From assembly GCA_020638195.1 (NCBI GenBank), contig JACKJC010000004.1, positions 413,403 through 477,402 on the forward strand: 64,000 nucleotides of DNA. The letters are read 5' to 3'. The DNA comes from Methylobacteriaceae bacterium (GTDB lineage Bacteria > Pseudomonadota > Alphaproteobacteria > Rhizobiales > Beijerinckiaceae). The notes below the pieces were generated by a model. That model did not search any database. It had not been told where the DNA came from and saw only the letters and a list, made by a program, of their open reading frames with translations. The translations under genes were made by a program, and so were the position numbers. Shown here piece by piece: positions 1-9,962 of this stretch (the stretch's first letter is position 1; every line of letters starts with the position of its first letter).

Positions 1-109
1 GTCGGGTAACCAACGAGCAACCTCCGCGATTCATACTAACGACGTCTCGCGGATCATGGCTAATGCGTAACCACAACGAGTTTGGACCGTCGTCCTGGAG
101 TGCCGTGTA

Positions 110-514
110 ATGAAGTCGCGGGATACTTTGCTGAGATTGAAGCGCTTTCAGGCGGACGAAAAACGCCGACGCGTAACCCAGCTCGAGCTCATGATCGCCG
201 AGTTCAACCGGATGGCCGGCGACCTCGATCGTGAAATCGCCACCGAGGAGCAGCGGGCGCGGATTTCCGATCCGACGCATTTCGCCTATCCGACCTATGC
301 GCGCGCCGCGCGCAGCCGACGCGACAATCTCCTCAGTTCCATCGACGAATTGCGCGGTCAGCTCGAGGAGGCCAAGGCCCGCCTCGACGAGGCCTTGGCA
401 GAGGTGTCCAAGGCGGAAACCCTCGAAGGCCGCGAGAAAACCTCCGATCGTCTGGCCGACGTGCTCCGGCCCGCCGACATGGGCCTGATGGGCATGCGCG
501 CCGCGCGCGCCTGA
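110..514 (+). CDS. fliJ: FliJ-like flagellar export coiled-coil protein
   Basis: 134-aa charged, helical ORF (LRLKRFQADEKRR..., DELRGQLEEAKARLDEA). It matches my memory of the small FliJ-annotated protein conserved near ctrA/sciP in Rhizobiales. A clean terminator follows. Confidence 0.6.
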   Translation: MKSRDTLLRLKRFQADEKRRRVTQLELMIAEFNRMAGDLDREIATEEQRARISDPTHFAYPTYARAARSRRDNLLSSIDELRGQLEEAKARLDEALAEVSKAETLEGREKTSDRLADVLRPADMGLMGMRAARA

Positions 515-534
515 GGGCCGACAGCCGCCCCCCG

Positions 535-564
535 AAACGCCGCCTCCGGGCGGCGTTTGTTTTT
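535..564 (+). terminator. rho-independent terminator after fliJ-like gene
   Basis: Stem aaacgccgcc / ggcggcgttt with loop tccg, followed by gttttt. Confidence 0.75.
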
Positions 565-634
565 GCAGCTGTCGGCTTGCGAAGCGCGGGCCCCTCGTGC
601 ATGGGTGGCCCTCGCCCGGCTCCACGGGCGCAGG

Positions 635-1624
635 ATGAGTATGAAGCGCGCCCTCGACTATTTCTGGCCGGCGCTCGGCATGGCTGCCGTGCTGGCGGCA
701 TTCTGGCTGCTGGCCCGGGAATTCCGCGGCGAGTCGGTTCGCCATGACGTGGTGGCCGCGCTCCAGGCCATCCCCCCGCATCGCTACCTGCTCGCGGCTC
801 TGTCCACGCTCGTCGCCTATGCGGCGCTCGCCTGGTACGACCGGATCGCCCTGCTCCACCTCGGCGTGAAGCACATTTCCTGGTTCTTCGTTTCGGTCTG
901 CTCGTTCACGACCTACGCTCTGTCCCACAATATCGGCGCCTCGGTCTTTTCGGGCGCGATGGTGCGTTACCGCGCCTATTCCAGCAAAGGACTCGACGCA
1001 GCGCAGGTCGCGATCCTGGTTGCGCTCTGCTCTTTCACGTTCTTTCTGGGCACGATCCTGCTCGGCGGGCTGGTGCTGGTTTTCGAGCCGCATCAACTGC
1101 AACGGCTGGAAGGCCTGCTGCCGGCCGCGCTGACCAACGTCGACACGTCGCGCTTTCTCGGCCTGGGCCTGCTCGCCATGGTCGCCCTCTATGCCACCGG
1201 CTCGATCCTGCGCTTCAAGGCCCGCCAGATCGGCAAGTTCCGGCTTGAATATCCGCGGCCCGAAATCACGCTGCGCCAGATGATCGCCGCGCCCATGGAA
1301 CTGCTCGGCGCCGCCGGCATCATCTATTTCGCCCTGCCGGCTGAAGGAAATCCGGGATTCTTCGTGATCCTTGCGGTTTTCCTCGCCTCGTTCTCAGCGG
1401 GACTGGTGTCGAACGCCCCGGGCGGCCTCGGCGTCTTCGAGCTCGTCTTCATCAAGGCGCTGCCGACGCTCGCCAAGAGCAAGGTTCTGGCGGCGCTGCT
1501 CGTATTCCGGCTGTTCTACCTACTGATCCCGCTGGCGATCGCTCTGGTTGTCGTCATCCTGTTCGAGCGTCAGCGGCTGGTCGAGCGAACTGACGAAGAG
1601 GACGCGGCCAAGACCGGCGACTGA
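635..1624 (+). CDS. multi-pass membrane protein, lysyl-phosphatidylglycerol-synthase TM-region-like (UPF0104/YbhN-type)
   Basis: Many hydrophobic spans with a C-terminal SNAPGGLGVFE-type motif. The ORF opens at 557, but that start lies inside the fliJ terminator. The ATG at 635 (MSMKRALDYFWP) is preferred; the start is uncertain. Confidence 0.55.
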   Translation: MSMKRALDYFWPALGMAAVLAAFWLLAREFRGESVRHDVVAALQAIPPHRYLLAALSTLVAYAALAWYDRIALLHLGVKHISWFFVSVCSFTTYALSHNIGASVFSGAMVRYRAYSSKGLDAAQVAILVALCSFTFFLGTILLGGLVLVFEPHQLQRLEGLLPAALTNVDTSRFLGLGLLAMVALYATGSILRFKARQIGKFRLEYPRPEITLRQMIAAPMELLGAAGIIYFALPAEGNPGFFVILAVFLASFSAGLVSNAPGGLGVFELVFIKALPTLAKSKVLAALLVFRLFYLLIPLAIALVVVILFERQRLVERTDEEDAAKTGD

Positions 1625-1644
1625 CCCCCCCGACCGGAGCGCCA

Positions 1645-1685
1645 AAGAAAAAGAGCGCCGTCTCTCGACGACGCCCTTTCTCTTC
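1645..1685. terminator. possible bidirectional terminator between convergent genes
   Basis: Imperfect hairpin gagcgccgtc/gacgacgccc (8 of 10 pairs), flanked by an A-run upstream and a T-rich tract downstream. Confidence 0.35.
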
Positions 1686-1713
1686 CGATCCGCGCGAGGC
1701 GCGTACAAATCGC

Positions 1714-1989
1714 CTACGCGCGATATTGCTGGATTCGGGTGGTGCGAAGCCCTGCGAGGCCGTGCTGGTCGATCGACATCTGCCAGCTGAGGAATTCATC
1801 GACGGTCAGCGTATAGCGGCTGCAGGCGTCTTCCAGCGACAACAGCCCGCCGCGCACCGCGGCCACCACTTCCGCCTTGCGCCGGATCACCCAGCGCTTT
1901 GTCGAGGGCGGCGGCAGATCGGCGACAGTCAACGGACTGCCATCCGGTCCGATCACATACTTGACCCTTGGGCGGTAAGCATCGGTCAT
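1714..1989 (-). CDS. sciP: CtrA inhibitor SciP (DUF1153 family transcription factor)
   Basis: KYVIGPDGSPLTVADLPPPSTKRWVIRRKAEVVAAVRGGLLSLEDACSRYTLTVDEFLSWQ is the hallmark SciP/DUF1153 sequence. Start placed at the internal ATG (MTDAYRPR), not the 2028 ATG. Confidence 0.8.
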   Translation of the reverse strand: MTDAYRPRVKYVIGPDGSPLTVADLPPPSTKRWVIRRKAEVVAAVRGGLLSLEDACSRYTLTVDEFLSWQMSIDQHGLAGLRTTRIQQYRA

Positions 1990-2044
1990 TATTTTACTCA
2001 CACACTCGACTGACCACTTCGAATGCAACTCTAGATGCGCCCGC

Positions 2045-2059
2045 TTAAGATTTACCTAA
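2045..2059 (-). promoter_or_regulatory. CtrA-box-like site (TTAA-N7-CTAA) upstream of sciP
   Basis: Plus strand reads TTAAgatttacCTAA, about 56-70 nt upstream of the sciP ATG. A TTAACCAT 8-mer lies at 2162-2169. Confidence 0.4.
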
Positions 2060-2229
2060 GCGCAGGGTCCCGGAAAACCCGAAAAATTCGTGAAAAATCT
2101 TTAGTTTAGACCCGACCCAGGTGCGTTTTCGTTCCAGTTCGGCGCAAGCCGAAATCGTCCGTTAACCATGATCGCGGCGACCACTCCGCCGCCGCGATCC
2201 TGACATAGTCCTGAAATCGCGACTCTGGA

Positions 2230-3045
2230 TCAGTGCGACAGCAGAACCGGCAGCGTCATGTGCTTGAGCATGAATCGCGAGCCGGAGCCGCGCGAAAAGC
2301 GCGGATACCCCTGCCCGCCGAACGCGCCGAGCACGAGCAGATCCGCCCCGCAATTGGCGGCTTCGTTGAGGAGGGCGTCCATCAGGCCGATGTCGGAAGC
2401 CAGCGCCTGATCGGCCTTGCCCTCGATGCCGTGCGCTTTCAGGTGTGCGACGGCAAGCTCCAACGAGCCCTTGCGATAGTCGATCGTCGGGTCGCCGGGC
2501 TTGGAGATGGAGACGACGAGCGCCTTGGCGCCCTTCGTCGTGACCCGGATACCATCGACGAAGGCGCGCGCCGCCTCGCGAGAATCATTCCAGGCGAACA
2601 TCGGGCGATGGCCGACATCGGCGAAATGGCCGGCATGAGGCACGACCAGAGCGGGACGGCCTGCGTCGACGACGACGCGCTCGATCAGGTCTCCGGGAAC
2701 GGTATGCGCCTCCGCTACCGGCTGGCCGAAAATGATGAGATCGAAATGACGGGCGAGGTCGATCGCCTGAACGATGATGTCGGATTCCTCGCCACGGTTG
2801 AGGTCCATGAAGGCGCGGTCGGCGAGCCCCTCCGTCGCGGCCATGAAAGCCGCCTCGGCCCCGTTGCGGGCAGAGACATATTCGGCGGGCGGCCAGGAAG
2901 CGGCGACGCCCGAGGTGACCGAGCGCTGGATCTGCGCGAATACGCCGACCAGCCGCGACTGCATGCGTCGTGCAAGCGCGCTCGCCAGTTCGAGCCGGCC
3001 CTTGGTCTGGGCGCTTGAATCGAGATGCACGAGCAGATTGCGCAT
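2230..3045 (-). CDS. universal stress protein, tandem UspA domains
   Basis: 271 aa. Two Usp-like halves, each ending in a G-x2-G-x9-G(S/T)-like tail (LVLGAFGGQGYPRFSRGSGSRFMLKH). Confidence 0.7.
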   Translation of the reverse strand: MRNLLVHLDSSAQTKGRLELASALARRMQSRLVGVFAQIQRSVTSGVAASWPPAEYVSARNGAEAAFMAATEGLADRAFMDLNRGEESDIIVQAIDLARHFDLIIFGQPVAEAHTVPGDLIERVVVDAGRPALVVPHAGHFADVGHRPMFAWNDSREAARAFVDGIRVTTKGAKALVVSISKPGDPTIDYRKGSLELAVAHLKAHGIEGKADQALASDIGLMDALLNEAANCGADLLVLGAFGGQGYPRFSRGSGSRFMLKHMTLPVLLSH

Positions 3046-3218
3046 ATCAGGTCTTCTCCGGGTTGCGGCGCCGGCGCGGCGCGATGCATCGGTCGTCCTT
3101 TTCGCCGCGCGCTGCCTTGCGCTGCATCAATCCGGGGCTTCCGACGTGGCCTTGTGTTTCGGCCGAGCATGCCGTTTCTTGCGCGCGTTAGGCAAGAAGC
3201 ACTTACGAGCGAGCACAC

Positions 3219-4001
3219 ATGAGCGCGGGCAGGATCGAAGCACGGGCGGACGGCCCGATCGGCTGGGTGATCTTCGACAACCAAAAGCGTCGCAATGCGA
3301 TGTCGCTCGGAATGTGGACCGGGCTGACCGCCGCGCTCGAGCGCTTCGCGGCCGACCCCGCGATCCGAGCCGTCATCCTGCGCGGCGCGGGCGAGACCGC
3401 CTTCGTCTCGGGCGCCGACATCTCGGAATTCGACGCCCACCGCTCGGACGCCGCGGCCGCGGCCGATTACGCCAGGGCTACCGACGGCGCCTGGAAGGCG
3501 CTCGGCGATTTCGAAAAGCCGATGATCGCCATGATTCAGGGCTTCTGCTTCGGCGGCGGCGTCGCGATCGCGATGAAGGCGGACCTGCGCATCGCGGCCG
3601 ACAATTCCCTCTTCGCCATCCCCGCCGCTCGTCTCGGCATCGCTTATCCCACGCACTCGGTGCGCGATCTCGTTGCGCTGGTCGGCCCGGCAAAGGGCAA
3701 GGAAATCCTGTTCACCGGGATGCGCCTCGACGCCGGCGCCGCGCTCGCGGCCGGCCTCGTCAATCGTGTCACGCCGGTCGCTCATCTCGAGGCGGAAGTC
3801 GCCAGCCTCTGCGCGACCATCGCGGAGAACGCCCCACTGACCATCCGCGCCGCCAAGGAGACGATCGACCAGATCGCGCGCGACGAACACGATCCGAAGA
3901 AAGTCGCCGAATGCGTCGCCGCCTGTTTCGACAGTGCGGACTATGCCGAGGGTCGACGCGCCTTCATGGAAAAGCGTCGACCGCAGTTCACGGGGCGCTG
4001 A
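3219..4001 (+). CDS. enoyl-CoA hydratase/isomerase (crotonase) family protein
   Basis: NQKRRNAMS...ILRGAGETAFVSGADISEF...GFCFGGG, the crotonase oxyanion-hole pattern. Confidence 0.85.
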   Translation: MSAGRIEARADGPIGWVIFDNQKRRNAMSLGMWTGLTAALERFAADPAIRAVILRGAGETAFVSGADISEFDAHRSDAAAAADYARATDGAWKALGDFEKPMIAMIQGFCFGGGVAIAMKADLRIAADNSLFAIPAARLGIAYPTHSVRDLVALVGPAKGKEILFTGMRLDAGAALAAGLVNRVTPVAHLEAEVASLCATIAENAPLTIRAAKETIDQIARDEHDPKKVAECVAACFDSADYAEGRRAFMEKRRPQFTGR

Positions 4002-4011
4002 GAAACGCGTC

Positions 4012-4905
4012 ATGCATCAAAAGCGGATAATCGCCGGCGTTCTCGACATAGCTTATCGGGAATACGGCCAGAGTGACGGCTGGCCCTGCATCCTGAGCCA
4101 CGGCTTTCCCTACGACGTGCATACCTATGCGCATACCGCGCCTCTACTCGCAGACGCTGGCGCGCGCGTGATCGTTCCATATTTGCGCGGCTACGGTCCG
4201 ACGCGTTTCCTGTCGACCGATACGCCGCGATCCGGCGAGCAGGCGGCGCTGGCCGCCGATCTGCTCGCACTGATGGACGCGTTGAACATCGATCGCGCGA
4301 CCCTCGCAGGTTACGACTGGGGCGGACGCGCGGGCTGCATCGTCGCTGCGCTCTGGCCGCACCGCGTCGAGGCTCTGGTCTCGGGAAATTCCTACAACAT
4401 CCAGGACATATCTCGCGCGATGGAGCCCGCGTCGCCACGTGAAGAGGCCGCGCTCTGGTATCAGTATTATTTCCACAACGAGCGCGGCCGGCGCGGGCTC
4501 GCCGCCGACCGGCGCGGCGTGACGCGGCTGCTCTGGAAGATGTGGTCGCCGACATGGGACTTCGACGAGGCGACGTTCGAACGCAGTGCGACGGCCTTCG
4601 ACAATCCCGACTTCGTCGAGGTCGTGATCCATTCGTACCGCCATCGCTATGGTCTCGCGGCGGGCGATCCTGCGGTCGCGCACATCGAACAGAAGCTCGT
4701 CGCGCAGCCGCCGATCCTGGTTCCCACGATTTCGATCGACGGCGATGCGGACGGCGTCAATTTCGGCACTGCACAACACGCGAAGAAATTTCGAGGCCGG
4801 CACGAACATCGAATATTTCATGCTGCAGGGCACAATCTTCCGCAGGAGCGTCCGGCTGACTGGGCGCACGCGATCCTTGATGCGCGAAGCTTTGCTCAGG
4901 ACTGA
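4012..4905 (+). CDS. alpha/beta hydrolase, epoxide-hydrolase/haloacetate-dehalogenase-like
   Basis: HGFPYDVHTY plus an Asp nucleophile elbow (GYDWGG) and a C-terminal AGHNLPQE His motif. Start moved to the ATG at 4012 (MHQKRIIAG), just after the upstream stop. Confidence 0.8.
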   Translation: MHQKRIIAGVLDIAYREYGQSDGWPCILSHGFPYDVHTYAHTAPLLADAGARVIVPYLRGYGPTRFLSTDTPRSGEQAALAADLLALMDALNIDRATLAGYDWGGRAGCIVAALWPHRVEALVSGNSYNIQDISRAMEPASPREEAALWYQYYFHNERGRRGLAADRRGVTRLLWKMWSPTWDFDEATFERSATAFDNPDFVEVVIHSYRHRYGLAAGDPAVAHIEQKLVAQPPILVPTISIDGDADGVNFGTAQHAKKFRGRHEHRIFHAAGHNLPQERPADWAHAILDARSFAQD

Positions 4906-4987
4906 TCACAAGCCGACTGTCGTCTAATTGACATAAGGTCGGGCGCGTCCGTATGAAATACGTGTCGGACGATCTTGGTGACATTTC

Positions 4988-5659
4988 ATGCCGAAAACGC
5001 TTGCCGCCAAAAGTGACGGGTCGCCTGGCGTCGTCTACCGCGGAATTGTCGACGGTCTCTATCGCGGCCGTTACGTGCCGGGCCAACGCCTCGTCGAAGC
5101 CGATCTCACGCGCGATTTCGAGGTTGGCCGAGGCTCAGTGCGCGAGGCGCTGAGCCGGCTCGCCGCCGAGGGCCTCGTGTCCATGAACCTGCATCGCTCG
5201 GCGACCATTCGTTCGCTGAGCCGCGGCGAGACGCGCGACCTCGTCGCGCTGCTCGAAGTGCTCAACGGCTTCGCGGCGCGACTGGCGGCCGAACGCGTCG
5301 AGGAGGCAAACAATCGCAAGGTGATCGCGGAAGCCTACGCAAGTCTCGCCGACCCCGAAGTGCAGCGCGACTTCCTGCGCTTCGCACGCGCGCGCAACAC
5401 GTTTTACAAGACGATGGTGGCGATGGGCGCCAACCACGAACTCGCGCGCCTGATGCCACGCACAAACGTCGATCTCATTCGCGTGCAGTTTCGCTCCTAC
5501 GCGACCGTCGACGACGATCTGCGCATGGAGGACTACCGCGCAATCTACGAAGCGATCAGCGAAGGCGCGAGCCGCAAGGCGGAGACCGCCGCGCGCAACC
5601 ACATTCGCCGCCTCGGCGACGCCATCGACAAGCTGCCGGACGCGGCGTTCAACGGCTGA
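4988..5659 (+). CDS. GntR-family transcriptional regulator (FadR/FCD subfamily)
   Basis: N-terminal winged helix (YVPGQRLVEADLTRDFEVGRGSVREALSRLAAEGLV) plus a helical FCD-like C-terminus. Confidence 0.85.
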   Translation: MPKTLAAKSDGSPGVVYRGIVDGLYRGRYVPGQRLVEADLTRDFEVGRGSVREALSRLAAEGLVSMNLHRSATIRSLSRGETRDLVALLEVLNGFAARLAAERVEEANNRKVIAEAYASLADPEVQRDFLRFARARNTFYKTMVAMGANHELARLMPRTNVDLIRVQFRSYATVDDDLRMEDYRAIYEAISEGASRKAETAARNHIRRLGDAIDKLPDAAFNG

Positions 5660-5761
5660 AGGCGCCCGGCCTCTCGGCTTGCGGGCGAAGCCCCTTGATC
5701 GTCACCTGAAATCGTCCGACAATCCTTGGAAGGCCCGGCAGCGGCCACGGAGGATTGCGCC

Positions 5762-6964
5762 ATGGATTTCGAACTCGGTTCTCGCGCGAAGGAATTGCAG
5801 GCACGCGTCGCCGCCTTCATGGCAGCCCACGTCTACCCCAACGAACATCTCTACAGCGAGCAAGCGCAAGGCGCCGCCCGCTATCGCACACCACAGATTG
5901 TGCAGGACCTGAAGAAGAAGGCGAAAGCCGAAGGACTGTGGAACCTGTTTCTGCCTGGCGATCACGGCGCCGGGCTCACCAATCTCGAATACGCCCCGCT
6001 CGCCGAACTCATGGGCCGTGTCGACTGGTCGAGCGAGGTCTTCAACTGCTCAGCGCCCGACACCGGCAATATGGAAGTGCTGACGCTCTACGGGTCTGAA
6101 GCGCAGAAGAAGCAATGGCTCGAACCGCTACTCAACGGCGAGATCCGCTCGGCCTTCTCGATGACGGAACCGGAGGTCGCCTCCTCCGACGCGACAAACA
6201 TTCAATGCACGATCCTGCGCGATGGCGACCACTACGTCATCAACGGCCGGAAGTGGTTCACGTCGGGCGCTATGAACGAGGATTGCAAGATCCTCATCGT
6301 CATGGGCAAGACCGATCCCGACAATCCCGACAAGCACAAGCAGCAATCGATGATCCTTGTGCCGAAAGATACGCCCTGCGTCAAAATCATCCGCGACCTG
6401 AAGGTCTACGGCTACGATCACGCGCCAGTCGGCCATCCCGAGATCGTCTACGACAATGTGCGCGTGCCCGCCTCAAACATGCTGCTGGGCGAAGGCCGCG
6501 GCTTCGAGATCGCGCAAGGACGTCTCGGCCCCGGCCGCATCCATCATTGCATGCGCCTGATCGGCTGCGCGCAACGCGCGCTCGAACTCATGTGCCAGCG
6601 CGCCAACAAGCGCGTCGCTTTCGGCAAGCCGCTCGGCGAGCAGGGGTCTGTGCGCGAGGATATCGCGAACTCATATTGCGAGATCGAGCAGGCGCGACTG
6701 CTGACGCTGAAGGCGGCCGACAAGATGGATCGCGAAGGCAACAAGGCCGCGCGCGATCTCATCGCCGCCGCCAAGATCGTCGTGCCCTCGATGGCGGCGC
6801 GCGTGATCGATCGCGCCATCCAGATTCACGGAGGCATGGGCGTATCGCAGGACACGTTCCTGGCGGAATCCTATACTTACGCCCGCTTCATCCGCATCGG
6901 CGACGGCCCGGACCAGGTGCATATGTCGCAGCTCGGACGAACGCTGTTGAAGAAATATGCGTAG
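5762..6964 (+). CDS. acyl-CoA dehydrogenase
   Basis: [16 protein letters not shown]...[11 protein letters not shown]...RIHHCMR...QIHGGMG are ACAD family motifs. Start at MDFELGS. Confidence 0.9.
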   Translation: MDFELGSRAKELQARVAAFMAAHVYPNEHLYSEQAQGAARYRTPQIVQDLKKKAKAEGLWNLFLPGDHGAGLTNLEYAPLAELMGRVDWSSEVFNCSAPDTGNMEVLTLYGSEAQKKQWLEPLLNGEIRSAFSMTEPEVASSDATNIQCTILRDGDHYVINGRKWFTSGAMNEDCKILIVMGKTDPDNPDKHKQQSMILVPKDTPCVKIIRDLKVYGYDHAPVGHPEIVYDNVRVPASNMLLGEGRGFEIAQGRLGPGRIHHCMRLIGCAQRALELMCQRANKRVAFGKPLGEQGSVREDIANSYCEIEQARLLTLKAADKMDREGNKAARDLIAAAKIVVPSMAARVIDRAIQIHGGMGVSQDTFLAESYTYARFIRIGDGPDQVHMSQLGRTLLKKYA

Positions 6965-7012
6965 TTGTAATGGGCCGCGGGCCTTCTGGCTCACGGTCCA
7001 AGGGAGGCGCCG

Positions 7013-8335
7013 ATGTCTCGTCTCTATTCGGAAAGCGAACTCGCCGAGATCGCACGTCCCTTCGAATCGCATGCGCTCGACGCGCTGCGCGCCGGCGATC
7101 TCCAGCGTCTCCGCGCACTTCTGAACGACATGAAGAATGGACCGGCCGGCCTCGATGCCTTGTCCGGACATGCGCTCGCGCGCAAGGCGGCGAAGCTGCG
7201 ACGCGACTTCGGCGAGGCCTTCGCGCTCGACGCGCTCGCCCGCATCGGCGCCGAACTCATGCGCACATGGTCGCGGCAGTTTCAGCAAGGCGACGAGCGC
7301 GGCGCGATCGCCGATCTGGTCGCAGTCTTTCGCGAGCAGCACGGCGCGCGCCTCGCCGCCCTGCATGAAGACGAGGATTGCGTGACGCTCCACATGCCGC
7401 TCTGCGGCTCTGGCGGCAAGCTCGACAAGGCCGGCCTGCCGCAAAAACATCCGGACTGGTACGGCGGCTGGAGCGACGGCGTCGGCTCCTTCTGCCAGAT
7501 CTGCAAGGCCTGCCAGAAGGCGCTCAACGCCTCGATCGGCGCCGAATTCTGGACGACGGAAAAAGACGAAAATGGCGCCTGCCGCGCGACTTTCGCGAAG
7601 CAGGCGACAAAAGGCGACCGACTCTTTTCGGCGGGCGAACGCGAAACGCTCGTGCGCACCCGTGTCGATCAGGCGATCACGAAGCTGGACGCCCGCGAAA
7701 CCGACATCGCCCATCTGATCGACGGCCAGCGCAAGGACTGGAAGCCCTGGCACGATTTCGGAATCGTGCTGCTGGAATATTTCTACGCCATCGCGCTCGA
7801 ACAGGGCGGGGCCGACTATCTCGCCGAGGTTCTCGAGCAGACGTACGCGCCCGCCTTCAACGCCGGCTTTCCGCGCTATGCGACGATGAGCAACGACGAA
7901 CTCGTGCGCGAGATCGCGCGCACGTGGAACTACCATTGCGCGGATTTCACGATCGTCGAGGAAGATGACAGCTTTGTCTTCCGGCTCGACCCCTGCGGCT
8001 CTGGCGGCAGGTTGTTACGCGGCGCGGTCTGGCGCGACATGTTTCACTATGGCGACAGGCTCGCGCCGAAAATGGCTGGCCCGCATCGCATCAATTTCAA
8101 CCGCGCGGATGCGCCGACCTATTGCACGCATTGCGCGGCCTCCAATCGCGCGCAGCTCGAAAGCGCATCGTCGCCGGCGACCCCGCTGTTCTTCGTGATC
8201 GACGGCCATGCGCAGACCGCGCCCGGCGCGCCCTGCCGCTGCTATGTGTACAAGAAGGACGCGCGGCGCGAAGAGATCGACCCGGCGCTGTTCGAACAGA
8301 TCGGCCTCGTTCCGCCCAGGGAGAAAAGCGCATGA
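7013..8335 (+). CDS. hypothetical Cys-rich protein with internal duplication (two CGSGG...CxxC...C modules)
   Basis: 440 aa with high-GC3 codon usage. Its stop overlaps the next gene's start (ATGA), so it is operonic with the ACAD and two SDR genes. I recognise no family. Confidence 0.6.
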   Translation: MSRLYSESELAEIARPFESHALDALRAGDLQRLRALLNDMKNGPAGLDALSGHALARKAAKLRRDFGEAFALDALARIGAELMRTWSRQFQQGDERGAIADLVAVFREQHGARLAALHEDEDCVTLHMPLCGSGGKLDKAGLPQKHPDWYGGWSDGVGSFCQICKACQKALNASIGAEFWTTEKDENGACRATFAKQATKGDRLFSAGERETLVRTRVDQAITKLDARETDIAHLIDGQRKDWKPWHDFGIVLLEYFYAIALEQGGADYLAEVLEQTYAPAFNAGFPRYATMSNDELVREIARTWNYHCADFTIVEEDDSFVFRLDPCGSGGRLLRGAVWRDMFHYGDRLAPKMAGPHRINFNRADAPTYCTHCAASNRAQLESASSPATPLFFVIDGHAQTAPGAPCRCYVYKKDARREEIDPALFEQIGLVPPREKSA

Positions 8336-9102
8336 GCCTCAGAGCGAACCCGTTCGATCTTGCCGGCAAGGTCGCGCTGATCACCGGCTCCACCATGGGC
8401 ATCGGTCTCGGCGTCGCGCGTGTGCTGGCTCAGGCGGGCGCGCATGTCGTCATCTCCAGCCGCAAGCCGGAGGATTGCGCGCGCGTCGCGGCTGAACTGA
8501 CGAATGACGGCCTCAGCGCCGAGGGGCGCGCCTGTCACATCGGCCGCATGGAAGACATCGCCGCCATATCGGCGCATCTGAAGGAAAGGCGCGGCGGCCT
8601 CGACATTCTCGTCAACAATGCCGTTCTCTCGCCCTGGCGCTCGATCGACGACACCGACGAGACGCTGTTCATGAAGGCGATGGAAGTGAACATGCGCGGC
8701 AACTGGTATCTGTCGGTCGAGGCGACGAAACTGATGAAGCCGCGCGGCGGCGGCTCGATCGTCAACATATCCTCGGTTGCGGCGCTCCATCCCGACAAGA
8801 TGCTGGCGCTCTATTCCACCTTCAAGACGGCGATGATCGGCATGAGCCGATCATTCGCGCTCGAGTATGGGGAATTCGGCATCCGCGTGAACACGATCCT
8901 TCCGGGCCTCATCGACACCAAGCTGGCGAAGGCGTTCGAGGGCGAGGAGATGACGAAAATTCTCGAGGGCACGCCGTTGCGCCGCATCGGGCGGCCTGAG
9001 GAAATCGGCTTCGCCGTTCTGTATCTGAGCTCCGCCGCCGGCGCCTTCACGACCGGCGCAAGCCTCGTGATCGATGGCGGCGCGAGCATCGCGAGTCACT
9101 AG
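8332..9102 (+). CDS. SDR-family oxidoreductase
   Basis: ALITGSTMGIGLG (TGxxxGxG), NNAV, and YSTFK (YxxxK). Start is the MSLRANP ATG overlapping the upstream stop. Confidence 0.85.
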   Translation: MSLRANPFDLAGKVALITGSTMGIGLGVARVLAQAGAHVVISSRKPEDCARVAAELTNDGLSAEGRACHIGRMEDIAAISAHLKERRGGLDILVNNAVLSPWRSIDDTDETLFMKAMEVNMRGNWYLSVEATKLMKPRGGGSIVNISSVAALHPDKMLALYSTFKTAMIGMSRSFALEYGEFGIRVNTILPGLIDTKLAKAFEGEEMTKILEGTPLRRIGRPEEIGFAVLYLSSAAGAFTTGASLVIDGGASIASH

Positions 9103-9109
9103 GCGCCAC

Positions 9110-9147
9110 TGTCATCCCCGATCGGCCTGCGGCCGTCCAGGATGACA
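9110..9147. repeat. REP-like palindrome (tgtcatcc ... ggatgaca)
   Basis: Inverted repeat with an inner cggcc/ggccg hairpin. It shares termini with the elements at 9963-10098 and 17339-17428. Confidence 0.6.
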
Positions 9148-9169
9148 TTTGCGAAGCATGGAGACACTG

Positions 9170-9952
<783 letters not shown>

Positions 9953-9962
9953 CAGACGCGCG

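Noticed and set aside
2715-4013. 432-aa minus-strand and 418-aa plus-strand (2774-4030) ORFs, and the 6115-7368 / 6671-7936 ORFs.
   Set aside because: They span known gene boundaries (Usp / enoyl-CoA hydratase; ACAD / Cys-rich protein) in wrong frames or on the wrong strand. The annotated genes explain the region with family motifs and sensible start/stop coupling.
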